Source: a bacterium
Lineage (GTDB): Bacteria > Patescibacteriota > Minisyncoccia > JAUYLV01
Direction: 5' to 3'
Assembly: GCA_030649025.1 (NCBI GenBank)
Contig: JAUSGO010000004.1
Coordinates: forward strand, 6,824 to 70,823
Length of the DNA stretch: 64,000 nucleotides
Numbering within the stretch: position 1 is the stretch's first letter; each line of letters opens with the position of its first letter. Shown here piece after piece: positions 37,469 to 47,211 of this stretch. The translations under genes were made by a program, and so were the position numbers. The notes below the pieces were generated by a model, which worked only from the letters and a program-made list of their open reading frames with translations, searched no databases and had not been told where the DNA came from.

Positions 37469-37652
37469 TTATTGTTTCGTCTGCCGAATGGCAGCAACGA
37501 AACAATAACCCAGTTCCAATTTTGCCTTTCATTTCTTGCTATACCGCGAATAAAGATTTGCATTTTTTAACACCCGCGAAACGCGGGCGCCGAATAGGCG
37601 CATCCCATCATGCGCGAAGCGCTTCGCCAATGTTCTGCCACGCAAAATTGGT
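37469..37652. repeat. Structured non-coding element, copy 2
   Basis: TTATTGTTTCGT/ACGAAACAATAA stem; 20-bp identity with copy 1 at 37587-37606. Confidence 0.7.
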
Positions 37653-37714
37653 GCTCGGGTATTTTTTAAGGCAATTTCCAAAACAACTTCTCCCTGCTAC
37701 ACTGGGGTCGTGCT

Positions 37715-39556
37715 ATGGACAAGCGATTCATAAGAAATTTTGTCATTATTGCGCACATAGATCACGGCAAGTCGACCCTTGCCGATCGGTTTTTGGAATT
37801 GACCGGAACGGTGGAGACGCGGAAGATGCATGCGCAGTATCTGGACACCATGGATATTGAGCAGGAACGAGGCATCACTATTAAGATGCAGCCGGTACGG
37901 ATGCAATACGTCTTGGACGGGGATCCGTACACGCTCGATCTTATAGATACGCCCGGGCATGTGGATTTCACCTACGAAGTATCCCGTTCGCTTGCGGCGG
38001 TGGAGGGAGCCGTTCTACTTGTGGATGCAACGAAAGGCATTCAGGCCCAGACTCTCGCGAATCTGAGGCTTGCGCAAAAAGAAGGGCTTGTCGTTGTTCC
38101 TGCTATAAACAAAATAGACCTTCCCAATGCCGATCCTGAAAAAGTAAGCGAGGAGCTCACGGCGCTGCTTGGTATTGAAGCGTCCGCTATATCCCATATT
38201 TCCGCAAAGGACGGCATAGGCGTCAAAGAACTCCTTTCGCGCGTGATCAAGGAAGTTCCTTCGCCAAAAACCGAAACGCAAAAAGTCGCGCGTATACGCG
38301 CTCTTGTGTTCGATTCATCTTACGATACATATAAGGGCGCACTTGCGTATGTTCGTGTGGTGAATGGCCGGGTGAGAAGAGGAGATGCTATTTCCTTTTT
38401 TGCGACGGGTGCTTTGTGCGAAGTATTGGAAGTGGGATATTTCAAGCCCCATATGCTTGTGACAGAGGCGATTGAAGAGGGAGAGATAGGCTATATTGCT
38501 ACCGGCTTGAAAGATGTAAGCAAATGCCGCGTCGGAGATACCATCACAAACAATGCCCAACTTTCGATTTCCTCTTCGAATCGGGGACCGGGGGAAAATT
38601 TTCAAACACATATTGAGCCATTGCCGGGCTATGCCGAACCTCGGCCCATGGTATTCGCAAGTTTTTATCCCACGGAAGGAGACGACTTTGACATGCTTAG
38701 GGATGCGCTTTCCAAGCTTAAGCTGAACGACGCAGCCATTACTTTCGAGCCGGAAACATCGGAGGCGCTGGGCAGAGGATTCCGTTGCGGGTTTTTGGGA
38801 ATGCTGCACCTGGAAATAGCCAAGGAGCGCCTGCGGAGAGAATTTGATATTGATCTGGTGGTCACCACGCCGTCGGTGCTTTATAAAGTAACGTGCAATG
38901 ACGAAAAAGTCCTGGACATCGCCGCCGCAGGGTTTTTGCCGGACCCCGCGCTTGTCAAAGAAATCCATGAGCCGTGGGTTGAGCTCGATATTGTCACTCC
39001 CCTCTCATTCATGGGCAACATCATGGAGCTTGTAAAAGCATTCCGCGCAATCTACAAAGAAACGGAGTATTTGAGTAAAGACCATCTCGTATTGCACTAC
39101 GAGGCTCCGCTCGCCGAGATCATCACGAATTTTTACGATCGCCTTAAATCGGTTTCGAGCGGATATGCTTCCATGAATTATAACCTCTCCGGATACCGCC
39201 AGGGAGATTTGATAAAGCTCGACATTCTGGTTGCGGGAGAGAGCGTGGAGGCTTTCTCGCATATTGCGCCAAGACAATCTGCTGAAAATCGGGGAAGACG
39301 CATCGTAGAGCGCCTAAAGGAACTCATTCCCCAGCAGCTTTTTGCCGTGTCATTGCAGGCGGCGATAGGCGGAAAGGTCATTGCGCGCGAGACGATTTCG
39401 GCCATGCGTAAAGATGTGACGGGGTATCTCTACGGAGGAGACTATACGCGCAAGCGCAAGCTCTTAGAGAAACAGAAGAAGGGCAAGAAAAAAATGAAGG
39501 CCATTGGTCGTGTGAACATCCCCTCAAACGTATTTTTGGAGATGCTGAAAGAGTGA
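37715..39556 (+). CDS. lepA: Elongation factor 4 (LepA)
   Basis: IRNFVIIAHIDHGKSTLADR, GFRCGFLGMLH, YGGDYTRKRKLLEKQKKGK. Confidence 0.99.
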   Translation: MDKRFIRNFVIIAHIDHGKSTLADRFLELTGTVETRKMHAQYLDTMDIEQERGITIKMQPVRMQYVLDGDPYTLDLIDTPGHVDFTYEVSRSLAAVEGAVLLVDATKGIQAQTLANLRLAQKEGLVVVPAINKIDLPNADPEKVSEELTALLGIEASAISHISAKDGIGVKELLSRVIKEVPSPKTETQKVARIRALVFDSSYDTYKGALAYVRVVNGRVRRGDAISFFATGALCEVLEVGYFKPHMLVTEAIEEGEIGYIATGLKDVSKCRVGDTITNNAQLSISSSNRGPGENFQTHIEPLPGYAEPRPMVFASFYPTEGDDFDMLRDALSKLKLNDAAITFEPETSEALGRGFRCGFLGMLHLEIAKERLRREFDIDLVVTTPSVLYKVTCNDEKVLDIAAAGFLPDPALVKEIHEPWVELDIVTPLSFMGNIMELVKAFRAIYKETEYLSKDHLVLHYEAPLAEIITNFYDRLKSVSSGYASMNYNLSGYRQGDLIKLDILVAGESVEAFSHIAPRQSAENRGRRIVERLKELIPQQLFAVSLQAAIGGKVIARETISAMRKDVTGYLYGGDYTRKRKLLEKQKKGKKKMKAIGRVNIPSNVFLEMLKE

Positions 39557-39668
39557 AGGGTGAGGTGGACAGTTTTTTTGTTTTCATGATACACTGTACA
39601 ATTCCAGCATAGTTGCCAGTTTTTGTGGCTGTGTCTGGGAAGATTTTTGAAAAAGAAGGGGGGGTCCT

Positions 39669-40289
39669 ATGAAGAAACTTTATTGGCACTTCAGTTTTTT
39701 CGGCATAGCGGCCTTAATTTTTGGCGGCATTGCCACCGCAGAAACCTGGAAGAGCACATATCTCGCCGTTACGATGATCGGCACCGGCACGTTGCTCTTT
39801 ATCGCGGTCTGCTACAAGGACGATCCTGGCTACCACAAAATGCTTGCAGTCTACGACGAAAAGGGGATATTCCTGGGTTTTGAAAATGGCCCCGTCTGGC
39901 TCGGATTGTCCCATAGGCGACGCGTAGTTCCGATAGTCACCGGCGCATTTCTTAGCTCCGGATTTAAGTATGTGACCGAGAACCCCCGCATCACGCAGTT
40001 CCGGTACAATGTCAAGGTGGTTCCGAAAGATCTCTCTGAAAAGACAGCTCGACTTCTGGAGGCTCGCTTCGGAGTGGATTTTCCCGAAGCACTCATGGAA
40101 AGGCATATCGAACAATGCCTCTTCGAGCTCAACAGCGATTTCACGAAAGAAGAGTACCAGCGCTTCAGGAAACCCCATGTAGAAGCGGAAGAGTTGGCGT
40201 TCCAGAATTTCATGCAAGGGAGGCTCGACCCCATACTTGCGGAAGTGGGATTACGGATTGCCGATGCCAGATTTTCCATTTCTTTTTAA
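39669..40289 (+). CDS. Hypothetical protein with two N-terminal TM helices
   Basis: 206-aa ORF, G-rich SD, hydrophobic N-terminus. Confidence 0.7.
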   Translation: MKKLYWHFSFFGIAALIFGGIATAETWKSTYLAVTMIGTGTLLFIAVCYKDDPGYHKMLAVYDEKGIFLGFENGPVWLGLSHRRRVVPIVTGAFLSSGFKYVTENPRITQFRYNVKVVPKDLSEKTARLLEARFGVDFPEALMERHIEQCLFELNSDFTKEEYQRFRKPHVEAEELAFQNFMQGRLDPILAEVGLRIADARFSISF

Positions 40290-40430
40290 TTAAGCTCATT
40301 GGGGGAGATCTCGTCTCCCCTATTTTAATATACAGAATCCATAAGACCGGAGGCTTATTGACACCGCTTCTTTTATGTATATAATTAGATAGTAATTGTG
40401 AGGTATTTATAAATATTGGCATATTTTAGG

Positions 40431-40504
40431 CAAAAACAGTAAACAAATAACAAAAAGCAAATAACAAGATCATCCCGCTATTTGCTATCTGCTATTTGCT
40501 ATTT
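40431..40504. repeat. Fold-back heptamer repeat (AACAAAT / TGCTATT)
   Basis: AAACAAATAACAAAAAGCAAATAACA ... GCTATTTGCTATCTGCTATTTGCTATTT. Confidence 0.8.
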
Positions 40505-40516
40505 ACTGAAATCGTT

Positions 40517-41710
40517 ATGGCTGAAAAATTCGATCGTTCAAAGCCCCATGTTAACGTTGGCACCATTGGCCATGTTGACCATGGGAAAACCACTCTTACC
40601 GCCGCGATTCTTCACGTTCTCAACATGAAGGGATTTGTGAAAAAAGTTGAGGGAGTGAATGACATCGACAATGCTCCCGAAGAGCGCGCCCGCGGTATTA
40701 CCATTGCACTGCATCACTCCGAATATGAATCCGAAAAACGCCACTACGCTCACATTGACGCACCGGGACACGCAGATTATATCAAAAACATGATAACCGG
40801 GGCCGCTCAAATGGACGGCGCAACGTTGGTCGTTGCGGCAACCGACGGTCCTATGCCGCAAACACGAGAACACATTCTGCTTGCGCGTCAGGTCGGCGTG
40901 CCGTCACTGGTGGTATTTCTTAATAAAGTGGACATGGTCGAGGACCCCGAGCTCATTGATCTTGTGGAGGCGGAAGTTCGTGAACTTCTTACAAAGTATC
41001 AATTTCCTGGCGACAAAACCCCGATTATTCGTGGTTCCGCGCTCAAGGCCCTTGAAGCAAAGTCCGTTGACGATCCGGCGGCAAAACCAATCTTGGATCT
41101 TATCGCGGCTCTGGACGCCTTTGTGCCGGATCCGGTGCGCGATATCGAAAAGCCGTTTTTGATGCCCGTTGAGGACATCTTCTCTATTGAGGGCCGGGGC
41201 ACCGTTGTAACTGGCAGGATTGAGCGCGGGAAGGTCAAGTTGAATGATGAAATTGAGATCATCGGGCTCCGTCCGACCTCAAAAACCGTGGTTACGGGCA
41301 TTGAAATGTTCAACAAATCCCTTGATGAAGGCATGGCCGGTGATAATGCGGGCATTTTATTGCGCGGCACGAAAAAAGAAGAAATAGAGCGCGGGCAGGT
41401 TTTGGCAAAGCCGGGTTCGGTCACGCCGCATACCGAGTTTGACGCAGAAGTATACGTGCTTTCGAAAGAAGAGGGAGGCCGTCACACCCCGTTCTTTAAG
41501 GGCTACAAACCGCAGTTTTACATTCGCACCACCGACGTTACGGGAGAGGTATTTTTGCCGGAAGGGACGGAGATGGTCATGCCGGGAGACACCGTTAACA
41601 TCAAGGTGGCGCTTATGTACCCGGTCGCACTTGAAGAAAAACAACGGTTTGCTATTCGAGAAGGCGGAAAAACGGTGGGCGCGGGTGTCGTGACGAAGAT
41701 TAACAAATAA
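40517..41710 (+). CDS. tuf: Elongation factor Tu
   Basis: [38 protein letters not shown]. Confidence 0.99.
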   Translation: MAEKFDRSKPHVNVGTIGHVDHGKTTLTAAILHVLNMKGFVKKVEGVNDIDNAPEERARGITIALHHSEYESEKRHYAHIDAPGHADYIKNMITGAAQMDGATLVVAATDGPMPQTREHILLARQVGVPSLVVFLNKVDMVEDPELIDLVEAEVRELLTKYQFPGDKTPIIRGSALKALEAKSVDDPAAKPILDLIAALDAFVPDPVRDIEKPFLMPVEDIFSIEGRGTVVTGRIERGKVKLNDEIEIIGLRPTSKTVVTGIEMFNKSLDEGMAGDNAGILLRGTKKEEIERGQVLAKPGSVTPHTEFDAEVYVLSKEEGGRHTPFFKGYKPQFYIRTTDVTGEVFLPEGTEMVMPGDTVNIKVALMYPVALEEKQRFAIREGGKTVGAGVVTKINK

Positions 41711-41781
41711 AAAACGATATTTTTTGAGTACACGATTAAGAAAAACAAGGCAGTTAAGTTGGTTTTGTAGTTCTTTGCAAC

Positions 41782-42147
41782 ATGGGCACCGCTCAAACAA
41801 AAATAAAGAATGACGATACGATGAAAGCCGAGGAAGAGCAAAAGTCTCGCCTACGCATACGTATTCGGGCCTATGACAACAAGATCATCGACCAATGCGC
41901 AAAGCAGATCATGGAGACCGCAGAGCGCGTGGGCGCGGAAGTTTCCGGACCGGTTCCTCTGCCTACCGAAATCCGTAAATACACGGTAAACCGGGCAACT
42001 TTCAAATACAAAGACGCAAGGGAACAGTACGAAATGCGGGCCCACAAGCGCCTGATTGACATCTTGAATCCGAATCCCAAGGTCATTGACGCGCTCACCA
42101 ATCTGAATTTGCCAGCCGGCGTTGATATCGAGATAAAAATGACTTAA
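41782..42147 (+). CDS. rpsJ: 30S ribosomal protein S10
   Basis: [32 protein letters not shown]; start may be 41821. Confidence 0.98.
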   Translation: MGTAQTKIKNDDTMKAEEEQKSRLRIRIRAYDNKIIDQCAKQIMETAERVGAEVSGPVPLPTEIRKYTVNRATFKYKDAREQYEMRAHKRLIDILNPNPKVIDALTNLNLPAGVDIEIKMT

Positions 42148-42327
42148 GGGGGATTTGAATGCGCAGCAGCGACGGAGAATATACGAAAAATAACGAATAG
42201 TTTTTAGCGGGCAATGTTCGGTGGACAAACTCTAATGAGGAAGTCCGGTTCACAACCTATTTAATGTTCTAAAGACTCGTCTTGCGGGAATTGTTTACCG
42301 GGCGATGTCCGGTTTTTTTTATTGCTT

Positions 42328-42930
42328 ATGAAATGTTTACTTGCTCAGAAACTTGGCATGTCGCAGATCTATACGGACGCTGGCATCGTTATGCCCGTCA
42401 CCGTTGTTTCTGTTGCGCCGAATACGGTCATACGGGTCCGTTCAAACGATGCACGCGGCTATGATGCGGTGCAAGTTGGCGCGGGATCCAGAAAAAAACT
42501 CACAAAACCGATGGCCGGGCAATTTAAAGAACTCGGAAAATTTAAATGGGTGAAGGAATTCAGAACAAGGGCAGGAGATCTGAAGCGTGGCGACATTATA
42601 GGTATTTCGGTATTTACCGAGGGAGACGTAGTGGATGTTACCTCGACGAGCAAGGGGAAGGGGTTTGCGGGCGTGGTGAAGCGGCATCATTTTCGCGGAG
42701 GACCGGCGTCGCACGGCCATCCACACAATCACCGCGCTCCGGGATCCATCGGATGCCGTTTTCCGCAACATGTGCACAAAGGAAAGCGCATGGCGGGTCA
42801 CATGGGCTTTGAAACCGTGACGGTAAAAAATCTAAAAGTGGTGCGGATCAATGAGGAACAGGGTCTTATGGCTATAAAGGGAGCGATACCGGGAAGCAGG
42901 GGGACGCTGGTGAAGATCATGGGAAGATGA
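42328..42930 (+). CDS. rplC: 50S ribosomal protein L3
   Basis: KLGMSQ, SKGKGFAGVVKRH, HRAPGSIG, KRMAGHMG. Confidence 0.98.
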   Translation: MKCLLAQKLGMSQIYTDAGIVMPVTVVSVAPNTVIRVRSNDARGYDAVQVGAGSRKKLTKPMAGQFKELGKFKWVKEFRTRAGDLKRGDIIGISVFTEGDVVDVTSTSKGKGFAGVVKRHHFRGGPASHGHPHNHRAPGSIGCRFPQHVHKGKRMAGHMGFETVTVKNLKVVRINEEQGLMAIKGAIPGSRGTLVKIMGR

Positions 42931-42990
42931 ATTATGCTTAATTACGGATTACGCATTACGAATTAATTCGCAATACGCAATTCGCAATTG
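42931..42990. repeat. Fold-back heptamer repeat (ATTACGC / TTCGCAA)
   Basis: ATTACGGATTACGCATTACGAATT-AATTCGCAATACGCAATTCGCAAT. Confidence 0.8.
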
Positions 42991-43002
42991 AGTGATTCAG
43001 CA

Positions 43003-43632
43003 ATGCAGGCAAAACTCTACAACCAAGACGGAAAAGAAGCCGGGACAACCGAATTGCCCGATGCGATATTTAATGTTCCGCAAAACTCCGCACTGGTAAA
43101 GCAGGTTGTCGAGGTGGAGCGGGCTAATAGACGAAAACCCCTTGCCCACACCAAGGTACGCAGCGAGGTGCGCGGCGGAGGCAAAAAACCGTGGAAGCAG
43201 AAGGGCACGGGAAGGGCGCGTCATGGCTCAATTCGTTCGCCGCTGTGGAAGGGAGGCGGAACAACTTTCGGGCCGCGGAACGAGACAGTTTTTAAAAAGC
43301 ACATCAATAAAAAAATGAGACGAAAGGCTCTTTTTATTGTACTTTCGGCAAAAGTAAAGGACGGGGAATGCGTTTTTATTGATCGGATACAGCTCAACGA
43401 GTCCAAGACAAAGGCGTTTTCTAAAATCATAAAAAATTTTAAAGAAACATTGGGCAGGTCGCTTGCATTTGTAAGTTCGGGTGATGCCGTGCTTGAACGG
43501 GCCGCGCGCAATATTGAAAAACTTTCCGTATACCAAGCCTCTCAGCTCAATGCGCTCGATTTGTTACAAAAGAAGTTTCTCTTTATACCGAAGTCAGCAA
43601 TCGAAGTTATTGAAAAAACTTTTTTGAAATAA
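43003..43632 (+). CDS. rplD: 50S ribosomal protein L4
   Basis: RSEVRGGGKKPWKQKGTGRARHGSIRSPLW. Confidence 0.98.
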   Translation: MQAKLYNQDGKEAGTTELPDAIFNVPQNSALVKQVVEVERANRRKPLAHTKVRSEVRGGGKKPWKQKGTGRARHGSIRSPLWKGGGTTFGPRNETVFKKHINKKMRRKALFIVLSAKVKDGECVFIDRIQLNESKTKAFSKIIKNFKETLGRSLAFVSSGDAVLERAARNIEKLSVYQASQLNALDLLQKKFLFIPKSAIEVIEKTFLK

Positions 43633-43636
43633 TCCC

Positions 43637-44053
43637 ATGTCCATCGTACAAACTTTAAAAAAGAAAATTGTTCGCAAGGAAACCGGGAAAGAAGAAGCTC
43701 CTTCCTCCGCTTCCGCGACCCCGGGCCATATGAACGAAGCGGATCGGATAGGAGAGTCCGTCCAAGAAAAGAAGGGGCAAGCCACGGCCGTTTTAAGAAA
43801 GCCGCGTGTCACGGAAAAAACTGCGGAGCTTGGCATCGAGCGCATCTATACGTTCGACGTAGATCCTAAGGCTTCAAAACATGAAGTGCGCCTGGCAGTG
43901 GAAAAAATGTACGGCGTCAATGCCGTAAGCGTGCGCACCATTACCGTGCATCGCAAAAAACGGACGCGTGGGAAACTTGAGGGATGGAAGAAGGGATATA
44001 AAAAGGCACTGGTGAAAATAAAAGAAGGACAAACAATAGAGATTTCAAGCTGA
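43637..44053 (+). CDS. rplW: 50S ribosomal protein L23 (N-terminally extended)
   Basis: PRVTEK, YTFDVD, KKALVKIKEG. Confidence 0.95.
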   Translation: MSIVQTLKKKIVRKETGKEEAPSSASATPGHMNEADRIGESVQEKKGQATAVLRKPRVTEKTAELGIERIYTFDVDPKASKHEVRLAVEKMYGVNAVSVRTITVHRKKRTRGKLEGWKKGYKKALVKIKEGQTIEISS

Positions 44054-44125
44054 TTAGCTTATTAGCTTCTTAGGGAATTCAAAAAAAAGTCCTAAAAAGC
44101 TAAAAAGCTAAAAAGCTAAAAAGCT
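44052..44125. repeat. Fold-back octamer repeat (TTAGCTTA / TAAAAAGC x4)
   Basis: ATTAGCTTATTAGCTTCTTAGG ... CCTAAAAAGCTAAAAAGCTAAAAAGCTAAAAAGCT, directly before the rplB GTG. Confidence 0.85.
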
Positions 44126-44956
44126 GTGAAGTATTTCAAACCAATAACGCCAGGACAACGGCAAAAAACCACAGTAGACTACAGCGCTCTGACGCCGCGG
44201 ACAAAGCCCGAAAAATCTTTGCTCGCGCCCTACGCAAAAAAAAGCGGGCATGGAGCTCTTGGCCGCATTACGGTCCGCCATAGAGGCGGGGGGCACAAGC
44301 GTAGGTACCGGATTATCGATTTCAAAGGCGATAAATTTGACGTGCCGGCCACAATTTCTTCAATAGAATACGATCCGAATCGCTCGGCCTTTATCGCATT
44401 GCTTTCATATAAAGACGGAGAGAAGCGGTATATTCTTGCGCCAAAAGATGTCGGAGTGGGAAACGTCGTACTCGCCTCTAAGAATCGCTTGCCGGCAGAA
44501 CCGGGCAACCGCATGCCGTTGAAGTTTCTACCCGTAGGGACCTTTGTGCATAACGTGGAGCTGTTTCCTGGGCGTGGCGGGGCGGCAGTGCGTTCGGCCG
44601 GCTCATATGCGGAAGTGCTTGCACAAGAAGGACGATTCACGAATCTTAAGCTTCCCTCAATCGAAGTACGAAAATTTTTTTCCGAGTGCCTTGCGACCAT
44701 AGGACAGCTTTCTAACTCCGAACATAATTTGGAAAATCTTGGCAAGGCCGGGCGTGCACGATGGAAAGGAATCCGTCCCCAGGTGCGAGGGAGCGCGATG
44801 AATCCGGTTGATCATCCGCATGGCGGAGGCGAGGGCAGGCAGCCCATCGGGCTTCCCGGTCCGAAGACCCCCTGGGGGAAACCGGCGCTTGGCGTGAGAA
44901 CAAGAGACAGAAAAAAACAAAGTTCAAAGTATATTGTGTCGAGAAGAAGGAAATAA
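44126..44956 (+). CDS. rplB: 50S ribosomal protein L2
   Basis: RHRGGGHKR, EYDPNRSA, RGSAMNPVDHPHGGGEG. Confidence 0.99.
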   Translation: MKYFKPITPGQRQKTTVDYSALTPRTKPEKSLLAPYAKKSGHGALGRITVRHRGGGHKRRYRIIDFKGDKFDVPATISSIEYDPNRSAFIALLSYKDGEKRYILAPKDVGVGNVVLASKNRLPAEPGNRMPLKFLPVGTFVHNVELFPGRGGAAVRSAGSYAEVLAQEGRFTNLKLPSIEVRKFFSECLATIGQLSNSEHNLENLGKAGRARWKGIRPQVRGSAMNPVDHPHGGGEGRQPIGLPGPKTPWGKPALGVRTRDRKKQSSKYIVSRRRK

Positions 44957-44964
44957 ATTATTCA

Positions 44965-45034
44965 GTTAACGCATTTGCGCGTTAACGGGTTCCGTAAAAA
45001 CTCGTTAACTCGTTAACTCGTTAACTCGTTAACG
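44965..45034. repeat. Fold-back octamer repeat (GTTAACGC / CTCGTTAA x4)
   Basis: GTTAACGCATTTGCGCGTTAACGGGTT ... AACTCGTTAACTCGTTAACTCGTTAACTCGTTAAC. Confidence 0.85.
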
Positions 45035-45376
45035 GTGTCACGAAGTCTTAAAAAGGGCCCGTATATTGAACCAAAATTGCTTAAAAAACTAGGCAGGGTT
45101 CGTATTGGCGACAAGGTAGTGATAAAGACGTGGTCGCGCGCCTCCACAATCTCCCCCGAGATGGTCGGCTTTACCATCGGCGTACATAACGGCAAGATTC
45201 ATATTCCGATATTCATTACCGAGGAGATGGTAGGTCATCGACTTGGCGAATTTTCTTCAACGCGCAAGTTTGTTCGTCACGGCGGACGCATGCAAAAAGA
45301 ACAAGAACTGAAAGCCAAGGAAGCCGAGCAGGAATCCGAAAAGGCAGCAAAAACAGCGGCCACAGAGAAGAAATAA
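45035..45376 (+). CDS. rpsS: 30S ribosomal protein S19
   Basis: [24 protein letters not shown]. Confidence 0.98.
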   Translation: MSRSLKKGPYIEPKLLKKLGRVRIGDKVVIKTWSRASTISPEMVGFTIGVHNGKIHIPIFITEEMVGHRLGEFSSTRKFVRHGGRMQKEQELKAKEAEQESEKAAKTAATEKK

Positions 45377-45380
45377 AGAT

Positions 45381-45466
45381 CAGCTTATAGGTTATAGCTG
45401 CTAACTTGTAGGGATGAAGAAAGAACGAGTTAAGCTCAAAAAGCTATAAGCTCTAAGTCATAAGGT
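45381..45466. repeat. Fold-back octamer repeat (TTATAGCT / AAGCTATA type)
   Basis: AGCTTATAGGTTATAGCTGCTAACTTGTAG ... AAGCTCAAAAGCTATAAGCTCTAAGTCATAAG. Confidence 0.7.
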
Positions 45467-46003
45467 ATGTCAGCGATTGTTGCAAAACTTAATCATTTTA
45501 GAATGAGTCCGCGCAAGGTTCGGCTGGTTGCGGATCTCGTGCGCGGCAAGGATGTGGACGATGCAGAGGCTCAACTGGAACATATGCGGAAGCACGCCGC
45601 CCTGGCAATAAAAAAACTGTTACGATCCGCCATTGCCAACGCTGAGCACAATTTTCAAAAAACTCGATCCGCACTTTTCATCCAGACGCTTACGGTAGAT
45701 GGCGGGCCGACGCTAAAACGTTTTCGCGCACGGGCATTCGGGAGAGCTGCGGACATCCATAAGCGGACAAGCCACATAACGCTTGTGCTTGGAGAACGTA
45801 GCGAGGCGCTAAGGAAGAAACGTTTTGTTCTGCCTGAAGCAAAAAAATCAAAAGAAGCGACAACTCTTGAAGATCTTAGTCAAGAGAAAAAGAAACCGGA
45901 AACAGGCTTCTCCCCAAAGGAACTACGGAAAGAACCGCGGGGCGGGATTCAAAAAAAAGTCGCCGACATGGGCAGAAAATTTTTTAGAAGAAAAAGTGTG
46001 TGA
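45467..46003 (+). CDS. rplV: 50S ribosomal protein L22 (C-terminally extended)
   Basis: SPRKVRLVADLVRG, SAIANAEHN, RARAFGRA, KRTSHIT. Confidence 0.97.
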   Translation: MSAIVAKLNHFRMSPRKVRLVADLVRGKDVDDAEAQLEHMRKHAALAIKKLLRSAIANAEHNFQKTRSALFIQTLTVDGGPTLKRFRARAFGRAADIHKRTSHITLVLGERSEALRKKRFVLPEAKKSKEATTLEDLSQEKKKPETGFSPKELRKEPRGGIQKKVADMGRKFFRRKSV

Positions 46004-46032
46004 CAAGTAAATCGGGCTGAAGCCACTCTTAT

Positions 46033-46686
46033 ATGGGACATAAAATTCATCCAATATCATTCCGTTTGGGATACATCGAACCGTGGCGATCGCGGTGGCT
46101 CAACCGAAACCGCAAAAGCTTTAGGGCGTCTTTGGAACAAGACGTGAAGATTCGTCGCTATTTGGAAAAAAAGTTTCGCGGGGCAGCGGTAGACGTAATT
46201 GAAATTGAGCGCACTCCGAACTTGGCCACGATCATCATTAAAACAGCGCGCCCCGGCATTGTCATAGGAAGGGGCGGAGGCGGAATTGAAGATTTGCAAA
46301 AACAGCTAGCCCACATCGTTGGAGTAGAAGATAAAGGAAAAATAAAAGTTCAGGTCGAAGAGGTTAGAAGTGCCGAATCGTCTGCGCGCATTATGGCAGA
46401 GACCATCGCCGAGCAGCTTGAAAAGCGCATGCAGCATCGACGGATCATGAAACAAGCCATTGAAAAGATTATGGCAAACAAAAAGGAGGTGGAGGGGGTC
46501 AAAATCAGGCTCGCCGGACGCATCGGAGGAGCCGAGATCTCGCGTGCCGAATGGCTTGCAAAGGGGCGATTACCGCTGCACACTCTGCGTGCAAGAATTG
46601 ATTTTGCAACGAGCGAGGCTCACACCACCTATGGCGTTATCGGCGTGAAAGTATGGATATACAAAGGACAGGTATTTCAGAAATAG
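46033..46686 (+). CDS. rpsC: 30S ribosomal protein S3
   Basis: MGHKIHPISFRLG, RPGIVIGRGG, PLHTLRARID, TYGVIGVKVWIY. Confidence 0.99.
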   Translation: MGHKIHPISFRLGYIEPWRSRWLNRNRKSFRASLEQDVKIRRYLEKKFRGAAVDVIEIERTPNLATIIIKTARPGIVIGRGGGGIEDLQKQLAHIVGVEDKGKIKVQVEEVRSAESSARIMAETIAEQLEKRMQHRRIMKQAIEKIMANKKEVEGVKIRLAGRIGGAEISRAEWLAKGRLPLHTLRARIDFATSEAHTTYGVIGVKVWIYKGQVFQK

Positions 46687-46775
46687 GTTATAGCTGATAG
46701 GTTTTAGCTTGTAGAGTTTTGAGGGATGCGCATACCCTCACTCGAAGCTATAAGCTATAAGCTATAAGCTATAAC
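46683..46775. repeat. Fold-back octamer repeat (AAGCTATA-type, about 4 units) with central hairpin
   Basis: ATAGGTTATAGCTGATAGGTTTTAGCTTGTAG; GAGGG..CCCTC; AAGCTATAAGCTATAAGCTATAAGCTATAAC before ATG. Confidence 0.85.
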
Positions 46776-47180
46776 ATGTTATCTCCGAAGAAAGTAAAAC
46801 ATCGAAAATGGCAAAAGGGTCGCACGCGAGGAATCTCTTCGCGGGGAACCGTCTTGGCGTTTGGGGTATTTGGGCTTAAAGCGAATGGATCGAAATGGAT
46901 CACCGCGCGTCAAATAGAAGCGGCCCGTCGGGCAATGACGCGTTTTGTCCAGCGCGGGGGCAAGATATGGATTCGGGTGTTTCCGGATAAACCGGTTACA
47001 AAAAAGGGGACGGAGGTGCCCATGGGAGGCGGCAAGGGCGGCGTGGACCACTACGTTGTTCCCGTTCTTCCCGGAAGAATTCTTTTCGAAATTGATGGTG
47101 TTAGCGAGACGCTGGCCAGGGAAGCCATGCGGCTTGCGGCACACAAACTTCCGATACGCACGCTTTTCGTAAAAAAATGA
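46776..47180 (+). CDS. rplP: 50S ribosomal protein L16
   Basis: [29 protein letters not shown]. Confidence 0.99.
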   Translation: MLSPKKVKHRKWQKGRTRGISSRGTVLAFGVFGLKANGSKWITARQIEAARRAMTRFVQRGGKIWIRVFPDKPVTKKGTEVPMGGGKGGVDHYVVPVLPGRILFEIDGVSETLAREAMRLAAHKLPIRTLFVKK

Positions 47181-47211
47181 TTGATCTCTATTTAGGATTT
47201 AAAGTAAGCCC

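Noticed and set aside
42237-42255. GAGGAAGTCCGG resembling the RNase P RNA 5' conserved motif (GAGGAAAGTCC)
   Set aside because: One A short, the spacer is only 180 nt, no matching 3' P4 motif (ACAGAA..CGGC) is present, and the motif is explained by a local hairpin.
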